From positions 1 to 63,423 of IMG/VR virus record IMGVR_UViG_3300032665_000026: a DNA stretch of 63,423 nucleotides, one strand, 5' to 3'. The position numbers were made by a program, and so were the translations under genes. The notes under the pieces are model-generated. The model saw nothing but the letters and a program-made list of their open reading frames with translations. It did no database searches and was not told the origin of the DNA. Origin of the DNA: a virus (taxonomy: Duplodnaviria > Caudoviricetes). Positions 1 to 10,787 of this stretch are shown here, one piece after another (the stretch's first letter is position 1; each line of letters begins with the position of its first letter).

Positions 1-2
1 GC

Positions 3-842
3 CCTACGGGTATTACATCAGTTCAGGTTGTTGCCATTGGTGGCGGCGCGGGCGGAAATGCAACCGTTGGTGGTGATTCCTACTTTAGTTCTCTCACAAC
101 TGTTTGTGCTCCTGGTGGGTCTAGTTCGACTACCGCTTACGGTAACGCTGCTGCTGGTGGTACGGGTGGTGGTGCAACGGGTGGTAAGGGCGGTGGAGGT
201 GGCGGTGCAGGTGGTTACGGCGTCGCTGGTGGAAACGGCGGGTCGAACGCCGCCGGTTTAAGCGGCAGTTCTGGTGCGGGTGCAGGTGGTGGTTCCGCTT
301 CTACATCAGCCCACGGTGGCGGTGGCGGTGGTGGTTCCAATCTTTACGGCTACGCGGCTGGTACATCAACAGGTGGAGGCACTGGCGGTAACGGTGGCGG
401 TGGAGGTCTTGGAACCAACTCAAACGAAAACGGTGGCGCTGGTGGTACGGTCGCAACAACTGGTGTTGGGTCGGCAACTGCTGGGCTTCCCACGGGTGTA
501 ATATCGGGAACTGTATCAGCAAGTGCATCTACAAATGGTGGTGGTAACGCAACCGCAATCGGTACGGCCTACGGAGCCGGTGGTGGTGCATTTGGCGGTG
601 GAGGTGGCGGTGGCAACAACGGCACGGCTTACGCAGGCGGCAAGGGTGGATACCTTTGCTATAATACAGTTGCAGTAACACCTGGTAATACTTACACAGT
701 CGTAGTGGGGGTAGGCGGCCTTGACGGTAGCAACTACGGTGGTGGTGGTGGATCAGGCGCAGTTCGAATTATATGGGGCGCTGGTCGCAGTTTTGCAACA
801 AACACAAATGTCGGAACAACTACTAACGAGGTTTACAACTAA
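3..842 (+). CDS. Glycine-rich tail fibre/virion protein, 5'-truncated by the window edge (missing from the ORF track)
   Basis: Frame 3 reads PTGITSVQVVAIGGGAGG...GSGAVRIIWGAGRSF...TTNEVYN; its TAA (840-842) overlaps the next ATG; typical phage Gly-rich domain next to baseplate genes. Confidence 0.8.
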   Translation, partial: PTGITSVQVVAIGGGAGGNATVGGDSYFSSLTTVCAPGGSSSTTAYGNAAAGGTGGGATGGKGGGGGGAGGYGVAGGNGGSNAAGLSGSSGAGAGGGSASTSAHGGGGGGGSNLYGYAAGTSTGGGTGGNGGGGGLGTNSNENGGAGGTVATTGVGSATAGLPTGVISGTVSASASTNGGGNATAIGTAYGAGGGAFGGGGGGGNNGTAYAGGKGGYLCYNTVAVTPGNTYTVVVGVGGLDGSNYGGGGGSGAVRIIWGAGRSFATNTNVGTTTNEVYN

Positions 843-1051
843 TGTCCACGCTTGCTTTTGTAGACACAAACGGAAACGTAACGCTTGTGTTAAACACCGA
901 CCCTTCTTTGGCTCCATCCTTTACACAATCATCTCATATTGTTGATGTTAGCGATTTAACCGCTCAACCCTTGGTTGGTTGGGTTTATGACGGGATTAAT
1001 TTTTCAGATCCAACAATTGTTGAGTCTACTACCAATGAGGCCTATAACTAA
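842..1051 (+). CDS. Small tail-fibre-associated protein
   Basis: Coupled to the Gly-rich gene; GWVYDGINFSDP resembles small fibre-associated proteins. Confidence 0.55.
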   Translation: MSTLAFVDTNGNVTLVLNTDPSLAPSFTQSSHIVDVSDLTAQPLVGWVYDGINFSDPTIVESTTNEAYN

Positions 1052-1133
1052 TGTTATGGGCAGTTATGACCGCTTGGTGCGAAGCTGAACGGCTAGCATA
1101 ATGTATTATTACCCCTATTTTGCTTAAGATAGT

Positions 1134-1586
1134 ATGAAAACTATCTCAATCAGCAATGGTGATATACAATTGAGTGGTGGAAAGATCCAATTCGCTATTG
1201 GTAATAACAAGCTTGTGCAAGATATCACAAGATGGCTGGAAGAACCACTCGGAACAGGTCCAACTACACCTGGTTTTGGTAGTTTATTACTTGGAATGAT
1301 TGGTCAACAACTTAATAATTCGTCTATTAGCTCAATCCAGAGTGAGATAAGTAGAGTATTACAGCTTTATTTAGGACAACAGATTCTTAGTTTACAAACT
1401 GCTCAGAATTCTGCTCAGCTTTCTCTATGGAACAAGAGCGAAATTATTCAAAGCATAGATTCTGTTAACGTGACTGTACAAAACAGTAGTATTTTAGCTA
1501 ATATATCAATAACGACTTTGGCGAGTAATACAATCGATCTAACAGTGTCTTTAGACAATAACGGAGTTAACGTATACAATGGCTGA
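1134..1586 (+). CDS. Baseplate wedge protein (gp25/GpW-like)
   Basis: NGDI...LVQDITRWLEEPLG...PGFGSLL pattern; directly upstream of baseplate J. Confidence 0.7.
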   Translation: MKTISISNGDIQLSGGKIQFAIGNNKLVQDITRWLEEPLGTGPTTPGFGSLLLGMIGQQLNNSSISSIQSEISRVLQLYLGQQILSLQTAQNSAQLSLWNKSEIIQSIDSVNVTVQNSSILANISITTLASNTIDLTVSLDNNGVNVYNG

Positions 1587-4026
1587 TACCTCAGGAGTTT
1601 TAGCTAGGCTGCAAGCAGCACTATCGGTTTATGACCCAACATGGGATGTTGGAGTGGGCACCGCAACGTATAAAATCCTCGAAGCTGTATCTCAAGAAAT
1701 TGCTTATGCTAACAACAATTCAATCCTTCAAACTTATAGCTATGACATAAATACGAAATCAGGCACTGAGTTAGATGCCTTCTGCAACCTCTTCGGTATC
1801 TATCGTCAGCTGGGTAAAAGAGCAACTGGTCTGGTGACTTTCTCAATTGGCTCTGCTGCCACATCAATCATTGATATCCCCATTGGTACCCAAGTTGCCA
1901 TTCCTGTGGGCGGTAGTTATACAGCAGCCGTATACTTTGCCACTACAGCGCCAGCGATCATTAATGTTGGAGACTTTTCTCAAGACGTTCCAGTCGTAGC
2001 TGTATTGCCAGGAGCATTTGGTAACGCACCAGCGGATACAATTATCACGAAGATAAGTGCTCTTATGGGTGTTACTTCGGTTAATAACAACAGTGCAATC
2101 TCAGGCGGTTCTGACCCAGAGAGTGATTCAGCGCTCCGTGGCAGATGGCAGAGCACAGTATTTAGCAACACCGCTGGTACATATAGTAAATACATCCTTA
2201 CTGCTTTACAAGACCCAAACGTTACTTTAGCTAACGCATTCGGTCAACAAAATTATTTTGATGAGAATCTTCAGATATCGGGTACTTTAAGCAACAATAC
2301 TGGAACAGGCGGTGTCCAGCTAAACTTCGTTGCTTATAGCGGGCAAACAATAAATAATATCACTTACAGCGGGACTACGCTAGTGGCCACTAGTGGCATA
2401 GGTACAGCGACCACTCCTGGTGGTTTACAAGCATCTTTGAACACTATGATAAATAATGTTTATCCATCGTTTGTTACTAATAATGGGTTCACATTCTTAG
2501 TAAGTGGTACTACAACTATTTCTAACGGTTCTTTCACCGTTGGCGCTAATATGCCACTACCCTACAGGTTGACAATGTCTGGCACCACTATCAGTGGAGT
2601 AACTACTTCTGGCGGGTATACCTACTACGAATCAGTGACCTCGAGCAATCCTGATATTGGTTACCCAGGGACTCTTTCTTACAATGGCACTGTTAGTGGA
2701 TATTTATTCCCACAAGGTAATGAACTTGTTGGTAGTGGTCTAAACACTTATAGCCAGATAACATTCGCTAATTTAACTGACTATTACTATCCAACAACGC
2801 CAACTACTCAGCTAGCACTGACAATCGGGAATAGTACCAATAACCAAGCATTATTCTTAGGCAACACTGTAGAAGTAATTTCAGAGTATAGCCCAGCATC
2901 GAGTAGATCTACTGCAATTGCCAGCGGTAACTTTGTAGATGTTTTTATAAATGGCACTACTTCTAGCTCTATAACAGAGCAGATGGTATTCAACCCTAAC
3001 TTCATTTTAAGCAACGGATCAAGTACTAATTATCTGAATACAAATAATTATATATTAGCTAGTGGTACATTGGCATCAAGTAATACATCAACTAGCGGTG
3101 ACATTTATGTGCCATTGAATCAACAGCCAGCAATAAACTTCCCATCACAGTTGAGTATCTCTTCTTCGGGGGTTGCTGATACCGTCTACCTTTATAATGT
3201 TGCTACAGGTAGTGGTTTAACATACCCAATCGCTCTCAACCCCTATGCTTCTACAACGTTTACAGCAACAACCAGCTCAGGTGCTTTGATCGCTGGTACT
3301 ACTTTCCTCAACGTAACAAACGCAAATAGTTTCTTATACCCAGGAATGGCTTTGGCGAGTGGTGCTGTTGTTAGCGGTGCGAATTATTATATCTCTAGTA
3401 CCTCTACCAGCGGTATAACTTTGAATACTGTCTTACCCGTTGGTGCTTCAATCTCAGGTTCAGTAACTGGCAAAGCCATTGTCTATCCAATTTATGATAA
3501 TACAAACAATCAGAACAGTGTGCTACAATCCACTGGTCTTGTCTTCGACACTTCAACACCATTAACATCTTGGCCAGCTCTTCCAACGGGTAATAACATC
3601 AGTTGGCTTACTTATACACATGGCTATAACAGCGATGTTACTACTGTAGAATCATTGACTCAGCAAAGCAGACCGCTGGGTGTTAATACGCTAGTCCACC
3701 AAGTAAATTACGTAAATTTGACAATAAATGTCAATGTAGTAATCAGCACTGGCTATAGCCAATTAACTGTAGAATCAAACATCTATAATCTATTGAATGC
3801 ATATTTTAACAACTATACCTTTTTAGGTACAATATCCTTTGCTGACATTAACTCACAGATCTTATCTGTTGGTGGTATATCAAATTGCAGAACGACTAGC
3901 ATCAATGTCGTTGCCCTTGACGGTACAACTATTAGCACAAAGACCAACGATTTTATGTTAGCTAGTAACCAGCTGCCAAACCTTTATAACATAAACTTTA
4001 TTATCAGGGGATCTAGTAACTTCTAA
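1579..4026 (+). CDS. Baseplate J-like protein
   Basis: GTELDAFCNLFGIYR, ATGLVTF, GAFGN and GGSDPESDSALRGR are Baseplate_J motifs; long Ser/Thr-rich insertion. Confidence 0.9.
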   Translation: MADTSGVLARLQAALSVYDPTWDVGVGTATYKILEAVSQEIAYANNNSILQTYSYDINTKSGTELDAFCNLFGIYRQLGKRATGLVTFSIGSAATSIIDIPIGTQVAIPVGGSYTAAVYFATTAPAIINVGDFSQDVPVVAVLPGAFGNAPADTIITKISALMGVTSVNNNSAISGGSDPESDSALRGRWQSTVFSNTAGTYSKYILTALQDPNVTLANAFGQQNYFDENLQISGTLSNNTGTGGVQLNFVAYSGQTINNITYSGTTLVATSGIGTATTPGGLQASLNTMINNVYPSFVTNNGFTFLVSGTTTISNGSFTVGANMPLPYRLTMSGTTISGVTTSGGYTYYESVTSSNPDIGYPGTLSYNGTVSGYLFPQGNELVGSGLNTYSQITFANLTDYYYPTTPTTQLALTIGNSTNNQALFLGNTVEVISEYSPASSRSTAIASGNFVDVFINGTTSSSITEQMVFNPNFILSNGSSTNYLNTNNYILASGTLASSNTSTSGDIYVPLNQQPAINFPSQLSISSSGVADTVYLYNVATGSGLTYPIALNPYASTTFTATTSSGALIAGTTFLNVTNANSFLYPGMALASGAVVSGANYYISSTSTSGITLNTVLPVGASISGSVTGKAIVYPIYDNTNNQNSVLQSTGLVFDTSTPLTSWPALPTGNNISWLTYTHGYNSDVTTVESLTQQSRPLGVNTLVHQVNYVNLTINVNVVISTGYSQLTVESNIYNLLNAYFNNYTFLGTISFADINSQILSVGGISNCRTTSINVVALDGTTISTKTNDFMLASNQLPNLYNINFIIRGSSNF

Positions 4027-4970
4027 TGGCTGGTAACATTTTCCCCGTTAGGGTCCATACTACTTTTGATCAAAAAGTTAGTAACTTTCCCGACAACGTT
4101 TATAATTTCGATGACAACGATAATTTAACAACGTTAATGAAAATTTTATTGGGGAATAGTGGTACGGGCCAATTAAACAATATACAAATTGCTGCTAAAA
4201 TAAGCCAACAAAATATAGAGTTCAATAACCTTGATGACATACTCGGTACCATCCTTGATGTAAAAAGGAATTCAAGCGAAATTTATAGTTTTGCAACCAA
4301 TCCATTCATTGACCAACTTGTAACTGATCAATGGCAAAGTATCATAACAAGTGATGCTTCCTATAGAGAGCGCCTGCTCGGTGCAGCGGAAGCTTTTCAG
4401 ACCGGTGCTACTCTATGGGGTGTTGTTACGCTGTGCGAAGCACTTACCCAAATGAAGTTTTATGTAACTGAGAGTTGGAGATCGCCTGGTCATGGTAGGA
4501 GCTCGATCAATAATGCTCAAGAGATCGTTCTAATACCTTTGATTGGTGGAAGCCTTTGGTCATGGAACCAACAATTAGCTCAAGCAGTCCTTAGCACAGC
4601 ACAAAAATTGATTCCGTGTAACTTTATCATTAGTTTCGGCACACCGATACAAACATTCACTCAAGTTTCAGGCTCATATGTCATAACTACTAATGGGTAC
4701 TCAGAGTATTTCCATTTAGAAACTTATGTCAATGCGAATCAAATCAACCCGCCAGGGAACATCCTTCCTGGAGCTAATAGCAGATACTGGGTCCAAAACA
4801 ATGCGACAACCCTGGCACCAAACTTTGCCCACTTACAGACGCAAGAAACAATAATTGATATGACAGGCAATATTGCTTATTGCAATAGCACCGATACGAC
4901 TGGTTACCCAGCAAATAGTATTGCCAACCTTGGCGTCGAAGTGACTTCTACTATCTATGGGGCACAATAA
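4026..4970 (+). CDS. Baseplate wedge/tail protein (gpI-like)
   Basis: LDDILG...DASYRERL...GATLWGV pattern; follows baseplate J. Confidence 0.65.
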   Translation: MAGNIFPVRVHTTFDQKVSNFPDNVYNFDDNDNLTTLMKILLGNSGTGQLNNIQIAAKISQQNIEFNNLDDILGTILDVKRNSSEIYSFATNPFIDQLVTDQWQSIITSDASYRERLLGAAEAFQTGATLWGVVTLCEALTQMKFYVTESWRSPGHGRSSINNAQEIVLIPLIGGSLWSWNQQLAQAVLSTAQKLIPCNFIISFGTPIQTFTQVSGSYVITTNGYSEYFHLETYVNANQINPPGNILPGANSRYWVQNNATTLAPNFAHLQTQETIIDMTGNIAYCNSTDTTGYPANSIANLGVEVTSTIYGAQ

Positions 4971-7900
4971 TGTCAATTATCCCACAGAACACAGACCCTT
5001 TAAAAGATTATGTAACACAAAACATACAACCACCAATGACATTAAATGGTCTTGTATACAATAAAGTTTATGCTCACACAGGTGTTGTAGACTCGTTGGG
5101 TAACACCCAACAAACTGGTTATTCCGATCCTAATTTAGGTATAACCAACAACTCTAATAACATATCTACTTTTGAACAAGTTTTGCAAACGAGTTGGATT
5201 TCTGACACAGACTTCGGTGGCCCCAATAGCAACCCCGTTGTTCTTAAGTACGTTCTATCTAACAAGATAACGTATTACAACACAGTGCAATTAGCTGTAC
5301 TCAACGTCCCTTGCTTCGTAGAACTTTTGGACCAAAATGGTTCTGCGTTGCCAGGAACTTCTACTTTTATGATAGTCGGTGGAAGCGATATCAATACAAC
5401 AGATGACTGGGTTAGTCTAAATTATACAGCACCATCGACTCTTACGGCAGCAGCGAGTGGTAGTACCCAAGCTTCTATCTCTTTAAGGATAACGAGAAAC
5501 CAAGCTGTCCAAACGTATCAGAACCAATCTTTACCAGTTAATACACCTTATTCGATTGGCGTAACTGATTTCCGGTTCGGTCTTAGCGTGATGCAGGAAT
5601 CTGACATCCCATTGCCAGTTATCAACAATACGACACCATTAAACGGAATCATAACAAATCCAAGCGGTTTGATAACAACACAAAACTTTTTTGGTTTTGT
5701 AGAAAATTATCAGTTTACAAACAACAGCGTTTCTAACATATTTAATAATGACACCGCCTATTGGAAATGTTCTCCACAACCAGTTAAAGATTCTATTGTT
5801 TATTTTTACGCAAAGATTAGTGACCCAAGCCCAACTGCTATCAATAGAATTTATGTAGATCCAATTTATAGTGGTTGTAAATTTAATGTTTACTACACAA
5901 CAAACTCGGTAAGTGGTGGAATAGACCCAAGCCAATTTTATTGGGCTCCTATCCAGAGAGATTTTACTCTGCGTAAAGGCATCTATGAAATACCAACGAC
6001 CTCTTGCACGTATCTTAAGTTCGAATTCACGAAGTTAGTCCCAGAAGTTTATGACTTGCCGGTTGATTCCATTGCTAGAACAGTAAACATATTTCCACCG
6101 GATGTTGAACAATATTACTATGATCTTGAGCAATCTATCATCGATGGTAATAATGTCAATTACTCTTACACAGTTGGCAACAACCCAACAACTCAGACGC
6201 AGAACTCAAACCAGCTTAGTTCATCAACTGTGTTCGGTGCTGCTACAAATACAGTAGCAAACAACAATAGCTGGCCTAGTCTCGCTGCGCTCAATACTTC
6301 ACAACTCGGTGCATCGACAACCGTTGGTAACAACACGAGCTCTACAGTTATTGATCCAACAAAAAGCTACAAGCTAATAGATAGCAACGGCCAGTATAAT
6401 TTCCAATCATACTCTGAATTTTTGGATAGAAGGTTTTATGACACTAGAATCCATAATTACAATCAAGTAACAATCGATCAAAGTTGGCATCAATCGTATT
6501 TTGTTGGAGTTAGATATTTAACAACATTCTATGAGGTTGTCTATGATGACATGCGTGGAACGCCACAGAACCTGTTATCAAGGAACGGGAGTAACACTGG
6601 TTTCGCTTCACAAGATATAAATTACGTTTATATGAATACGAATGATACAGCTACGACCCCATGGATCCAAACTATCGATTCATTTAGTAGCTTTAATGTG
6701 GCTGGTCTTACAACTGACTGGAAAAGCTTTTTAACGCAGAATAATTCAATCAACAATGATATTACGTTGATGAATTATACCAACCCAAGTGTTATAAACA
6801 AAAACTCAATTGTTTCTATAGTAAGCAACTTTGGTAATGATGCACAAATAGTTCAAGTAGTTCAGAACCAACCAGGTATCTATGGTGTAGAAACACCTCA
6901 ATACAACGCGTCAACAAACCTATTAAGCTACTACGACGCGAACTTCACATCTGTTTCAGGTAATACCAATAAAGATTGGTTTGGTCTTGGATCGACCACA
7001 GTAACAGGTACCTCAGTATCTTGGGTCAATGGTACCACGGGTGGCACAGCCAGCGGTTTGTCTGTGAGTGGTGGATCATACTCGGTTGCGTATAATTTCA
7101 CCATACCGAACGTTTATAGCACCATGGGTACAACTCCGTGGACATTAGCACTTGGTACGCCATCGCTCGGTACAGTTGGGTACGCGAGCTATAATCCTAC
7201 TGGAACTGGTATAAACTATTATTTTCTTGCTACGTTGCAAGCATCAACTACCACAACTGGTACGTTGTACACACAGTTTATTAACCCAACAACAAGCGGA
7301 GTAATTTCTGGGACCCTCGTAAGCGGCAATACTATAACCGTAACCGGTGGCGTCACAAATGTTATGACGGTTACTGGAACCAATTATGTAGGTAGTACTC
7401 CTAGTAATACAATCCAAGTTGTTATTAGTGGGTCTAGCGGTACACCATTCAATATTTACCAAGCTGGTGCCTTTGCCTCACCCACATCCAGCTGGGTTAC
7501 TACTGCTGACCGAAGCAACATGAGAATTAGTGGTGTCGCAAGAATGTTCTTGCCACAAACCAACCAGGGTAACTACCAGATAAACTTAGTGGCTTACTCC
7601 ACCAGTATAAAATCCAATGGTGTTATACTTGCCTCGAAGAGCTATCTCCCTGGCGCAATGCCTGTTAATACTTGGTTTGATGTTGAGCTAGAAACATTTA
7701 CTGGCTCTAATTACCAATGGTTTAGTGTCCAGGTACTTCAGCTCAATGGGATCGCTGAGCCATTCTACTTGAGCATGCTTGCCCCCTTCTATCACCCAAT
7801 CCGTTATGAATACCGGAATACTATCAATGGCACATGGTACCCAATCACAACAGGGATCAATGACCCAGAAGTATTGATCAGCACAGCTTCAGGCATCCCA

Positions 7901-8161
7901 GCGAATGGTATCCAATTGAGAATGACTTCTCTAGACCCAGGAACATTCATTTCAGGCGTCAGTCTTGTTCCTAACTACAAACAGAACCCTTACTACTCAA
8001 ATCTACAGATTGATTACCTAGGTGGTAGTAAAACAAATGAAGTAGAATCACGTACTGCCATAGAGAATAAACCATATTTCCAACTGAATACTGAAGTGCA
8101 TCCTGCTATCTTTGACATCAATAGGATTGCTGGGACAATCATCCCATACTCGATCGATTGA
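4970..8161 (+). CDS. Large virion structural protein (baseplate/tail)
   Basis: 1063 aa, Asn/Thr/Ser-rich, coupled to baseplate genes. Confidence 0.6.
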   Translation: MSIIPQNTDPLKDYVTQNIQPPMTLNGLVYNKVYAHTGVVDSLGNTQQTGYSDPNLGITNNSNNISTFEQVLQTSWISDTDFGGPNSNPVVLKYVLSNKITYYNTVQLAVLNVPCFVELLDQNGSALPGTSTFMIVGGSDINTTDDWVSLNYTAPSTLTAAASGSTQASISLRITRNQAVQTYQNQSLPVNTPYSIGVTDFRFGLSVMQESDIPLPVINNTTPLNGIITNPSGLITTQNFFGFVENYQFTNNSVSNIFNNDTAYWKCSPQPVKDSIVYFYAKISDPSPTAINRIYVDPIYSGCKFNVYYTTNSVSGGIDPSQFYWAPIQRDFTLRKGIYEIPTTSCTYLKFEFTKLVPEVYDLPVDSIARTVNIFPPDVEQYYYDLEQSIIDGNNVNYSYTVGNNPTTQTQNSNQLSSSTVFGAATNTVANNNSWPSLAALNTSQLGASTTVGNNTSSTVIDPTKSYKLIDSNGQYNFQSYSEFLDRRFYDTRIHNYNQVTIDQSWHQSYFVGVRYLTTFYEVVYDDMRGTPQNLLSRNGSNTGFASQDINYVYMNTNDTATTPWIQTIDSFSSFNVAGLTTDWKSFLTQNNSINNDITLMNYTNPSVINKNSIVSIVSNFGNDAQIVQVVQNQPGIYGVETPQYNASTNLLSYYDANFTSVSGNTNKDWFGLGSTTVTGTSVSWVNGTTGGTASGLSVSGGSYSVAYNFTIPNVYSTMGTTPWTLALGTPSLGTVGYASYNPTGTGINYYFLATLQASTTTTGTLYTQFINPTTSGVISGTLVSGNTITVTGGVTNVMTVTGTNYVGSTPSNTIQVVISGSSGTPFNIYQAGAFASPTSSWVTTADRSNMRISGVARMFLPQTNQGNYQINLVAYSTSIKSNGVILASKSYLPGAMPVNTWFDVELETFTGSNYQWFSVQVLQLNGIAEPFYLSMLAPFYHPIRYEYRNTINGTWYPITTGINDPEVLISTASGIPANGIQLRMTSLDPGTFISGVSLVPNYKQNPYYSNLQIDYLGGSKTNEVESRTAIENKPYFQLNTEVHPAIFDINRIAGTIIPYSID

Positions 8162-8186
8162 TTTTTTCAATCAGTCATGCTAAGAT
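8158..8186 (+). promoter_or_regulatory. Sigma70/SigA-type promoter
   Basis: TTGATT-17 nt-TAAGAT with extended TG, just before the helicase ATG. Confidence 0.55.
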
Positions 8187-8192
8187 GCTTTT

Positions 8193-10052
8193 ATGCCCAA
8201 AGAGAAGACAATCTATGTTCAGAAGAGCAAACTTTTAAATGGGGTATTGAGGTACTCGACCCTTGATAACAATTTCAATGGTTCATCATTCCTTGATACG
8301 TATGGAACTCTTAAGAACCGAGATAAAATTGCTGAGTTCACAGAGCTAGCAATCAATGGTGGCTATACAATCATCTATGAAGATGACGAAGCCAAGACTT
8401 TGCATGATGAACTTTACGCCTGCAGCGTGGGCAAATACGTTGTTGATAGCCCCTTCTTAAACGATCACAATCTATTCCCATTCCAGCACGTTGGATTGAA
8501 TTATGTGTGGAAGCAAATGCACACAGAGAGCCCTAGGGTCTTAGTCCAATGGGACACTGGTGCTGGGAAAACCTTACTCAGTTGTTTAACAAGCCAGAAG
8601 CTTTTTGATAACAACGATGTTGATCTAGTCCTCGTATTCTCAAAGAAAATCAAGCAATACGACTGGGAACAAGAATTCCGACGCATGACATACTTGTCTG
8701 TAGATAGGGTAAGCGAGAAACTAACCCGAGCAAAAAGGCATAAGTTCTACAAGGAAAATAAAAGCCAAGTCCTTTGTCTTAACTATGAAAAAGTACGAGA
8801 AGGCAACCTTGTCAAGGTTAAGGGCAAGCGCAACCGTGTCCGATCATATGACCGTACAGACTTGATGCAAGTCCTCGAGCTTATCGAAGGAAAGCGCGTG
8901 TTAATCATCATTGATGAGGCGCAGAAGATTAATACAGGATCCTCATTGCTTGGCGAAGGTTTCTATAATGTCATCAATGATCCCAAGAATGATGTGCGTG
9001 TACTAGCATTGACCGCAACCCCATATACGACTAGCCCATTGAATATCCGTAACATTTTTTCTATTGTTGAACCTGGTATTAACGACGTTAGTAACATGCC
9101 ACGTGATGTTTTTAAGCGTTTTTATGGCAAAGAGTTCGGCATGTTCAACAACGGTTATGTCCAAGAACTCTATGTAAAAGAATGGGATAGGACTAAGCTC
9201 CCACTCCTAGGTAAAAAGCATGAGAATTGGACACACATCGCAATGAAGAGTGATCCGACTATCGCTGCACAATTCCCTGAAAGCATGCCTAAGAAAATTA
9301 TTTATGAATTGTCTGACATCGATCGTGCTGTTTACGATTGGGCTGAGGAACGTGCTAGGGAGAAGTATAACCCAGATAACCCAGTGGCAAACTGGTCTTA
9401 TATTGATATGCTTAGAATGATTTGCAATACAACCGAAGGCCTTAAAAAGAGTGAGAGCCGATTCGCCAAGGAGATTGTCGACCAATTCGGAGATGTTTTA
9501 AGCTTAAGCAATAGTGCTAAGTACCAGATCATTGAAAACAATATCGAAGAATATATCGAGAATGGTGAGAAAGTTGTACTGTTCACATTCTGGACCAATG
9601 GTACTTTGTTCCCTTATCTAGAAGCTCTAAAGAAGCGCTTCCCGGATATTCCAGTATTACCTATCTGGGGAGTTGGTATGAGCAGCGATACTGTAACTGA
9701 AAACATTAAAACCTTTAACTCCACTAAAGGGCCTGCTATACTTATTACTTCAGACGTAGGTCAGGAAGGTCTAAACTTATATGCCCCTTACCTTTGGAAC
9801 ATCGAAGTACCGCGCACTTACTCAGACTATAAGCAGCGTGCCAATAGAATCAATCGAGCAGACTCTAAAAGCAAAGGTATTGACCACACTTGGATCTTTC
9901 GAGCGGTGGCTGCGAACACGATTGAAGAACGAGCAGACGCCAAGATTCTACGTAGACGAGATGAAGCAGAAGCAATTCGTGGAGTAATCGACGAGGATGT
10001 AGACTTGTACGATGTGATAGATTTAACACCAAAAGGATTTCTATTCGGATAA
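8193..10052 (+). CDS. SNF2-like superfamily 2 helicase
   Basis: LFPFQ, DTGAGKT (Walker A), IIDEAQ, LTATP, GQEGLNL, QRANRINR. Confidence 0.9.
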   Translation: MPKEKTIYVQKSKLLNGVLRYSTLDNNFNGSSFLDTYGTLKNRDKIAEFTELAINGGYTIIYEDDEAKTLHDELYACSVGKYVVDSPFLNDHNLFPFQHVGLNYVWKQMHTESPRVLVQWDTGAGKTLLSCLTSQKLFDNNDVDLVLVFSKKIKQYDWEQEFRRMTYLSVDRVSEKLTRAKRHKFYKENKSQVLCLNYEKVREGNLVKVKGKRNRVRSYDRTDLMQVLELIEGKRVLIIIDEAQKINTGSSLLGEGFYNVINDPKNDVRVLALTATPYTTSPLNIRNIFSIVEPGINDVSNMPRDVFKRFYGKEFGMFNNGYVQELYVKEWDRTKLPLLGKKHENWTHIAMKSDPTIAAQFPESMPKKIIYELSDIDRAVYDWAEERAREKYNPDNPVANWSYIDMLRMICNTTEGLKKSESRFAKEIVDQFGDVLSLSNSAKYQIIENNIEEYIENGEKVVLFTFWTNGTLFPYLEALKKRFPDIPVLPIWGVGMSSDTVTENIKTFNSTKGPAILITSDVGQEGLNLYAPYLWNIEVPRTYSDYKQRANRINRADSKSKGIDHTWIFRAVAANTIEERADAKILRRRDEAEAIRGVIDEDVDLYDVIDLTPKGFLFG

Positions 10053-10111
10053 AAAGGAGGTGACAAATGAACCAACACCAAGAGTAATTATTCCTCAAGG
10101 ATTGGAAAATT

Positions 10112-10459
10112 TTGTTAAAGAAAACAATTATTACATTTGCATTATCATTAAGTTTATTTTTAGTTCCCTACACAGCATCAGCAGCAACAAAGCATCATCA
10201 TGTTGCTAAGATTATTCTGAGCGCAACAACCCTAGCCAAATGGCAGAAGGTTGCTAAGTGCGAAGAAGGAGGGAATTGGGGATATTTTAGTTATTGGTAC
10301 CCAGATGCATTAGGTATCGATAGACCCAACTGGATTCAGTTCGGGGGAAGTGTTGTAAAACCAAGTAGTAGAGCAACCCAAATAACCGTAGGGACAAAAT
10401 TCCTAAAGGCATATACTATGAGTATGCCTGATCAACAGGGCTACTGTGCCCCATGGTAG
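10112..10459 (+). CDS. Secreted Rpf-like (resuscitation-promoting factor) transglycosylase
   Basis: Signal peptide ending ASA; WQKVAKCEEGGNW matches the Rpf WxxxAxCESGGNW motif with catalytic Glu. Confidence 0.75.
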   Translation: MLKKTIITFALSLSLFLVPYTASAATKHHHVAKIILSATTLAKWQKVAKCEEGGNWGYFSYWYPDALGIDRPNWIQFGGSVVKPSSRATQITVGTKFLKAYTMSMPDQQGYCAPW

Positions 10460-10474
10460 AAAGATAAAGATAAA

Positions 10475-10690
10475 ATGACAATTAAAAAATATGCTCAGAT
10501 TCACGTTGATGTTATGGAACTGCTCCTTAGCGGAGAGATGCATAGCACACTGGTCGGCAAGCAGATTACACTCGGTGGTTCCAAGGAAAGTACCGTTAAG
10601 CAAGCCGACGAATTTGCACAATACATTGTAGATCTGCTCAAGAAGGCGGAACAATTTAGAAAGGACAATGTAAAGAGCAGCAATTCGTAG
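10475..10690 (+). CDS. Hypothetical protein
   Basis: In-strand ORF in a tight gene array. Confidence 0.55.
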   Translation: MTIKKYAQIHVDVMELLLSGEMHSTLVGKQITLGGSKESTVKQADEFAQYIVDLLKKAEQFRKDNVKSSNS

Positions 10691-10723
10691 CTTATCTAGT
10701 GAGGGCGTTTCTCGCCTCTCCTG

Positions 10724-10787
10724 AAGGGCCTGGTCTTCCTCGGGGGTTGCAGTCGGTGTTCATACCTTGACTCCCCCCGAGGCCCTT
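10724..10787. other. GC-rich intergenic stem-loop upstream of whiB
   Basis: CCTCGGGGG/CCCCCGAGG, AGTC/GACT and an alternative AAGGGCC/GGCCCTT pairing. Confidence 0.5.

Noticed and set aside
28-945. Track ORFs 28-261, 274-501, 301-528 and 721-945
   Set aside because: Shadow frames of the Gly-rich frame-3 CDS (3-842)
10725-10760. HDV-like/theta ribozyme suggested by TCCTCG
   Set aside because: P1, P2 and J4/2 could not be built; a simple long hairpin fits better
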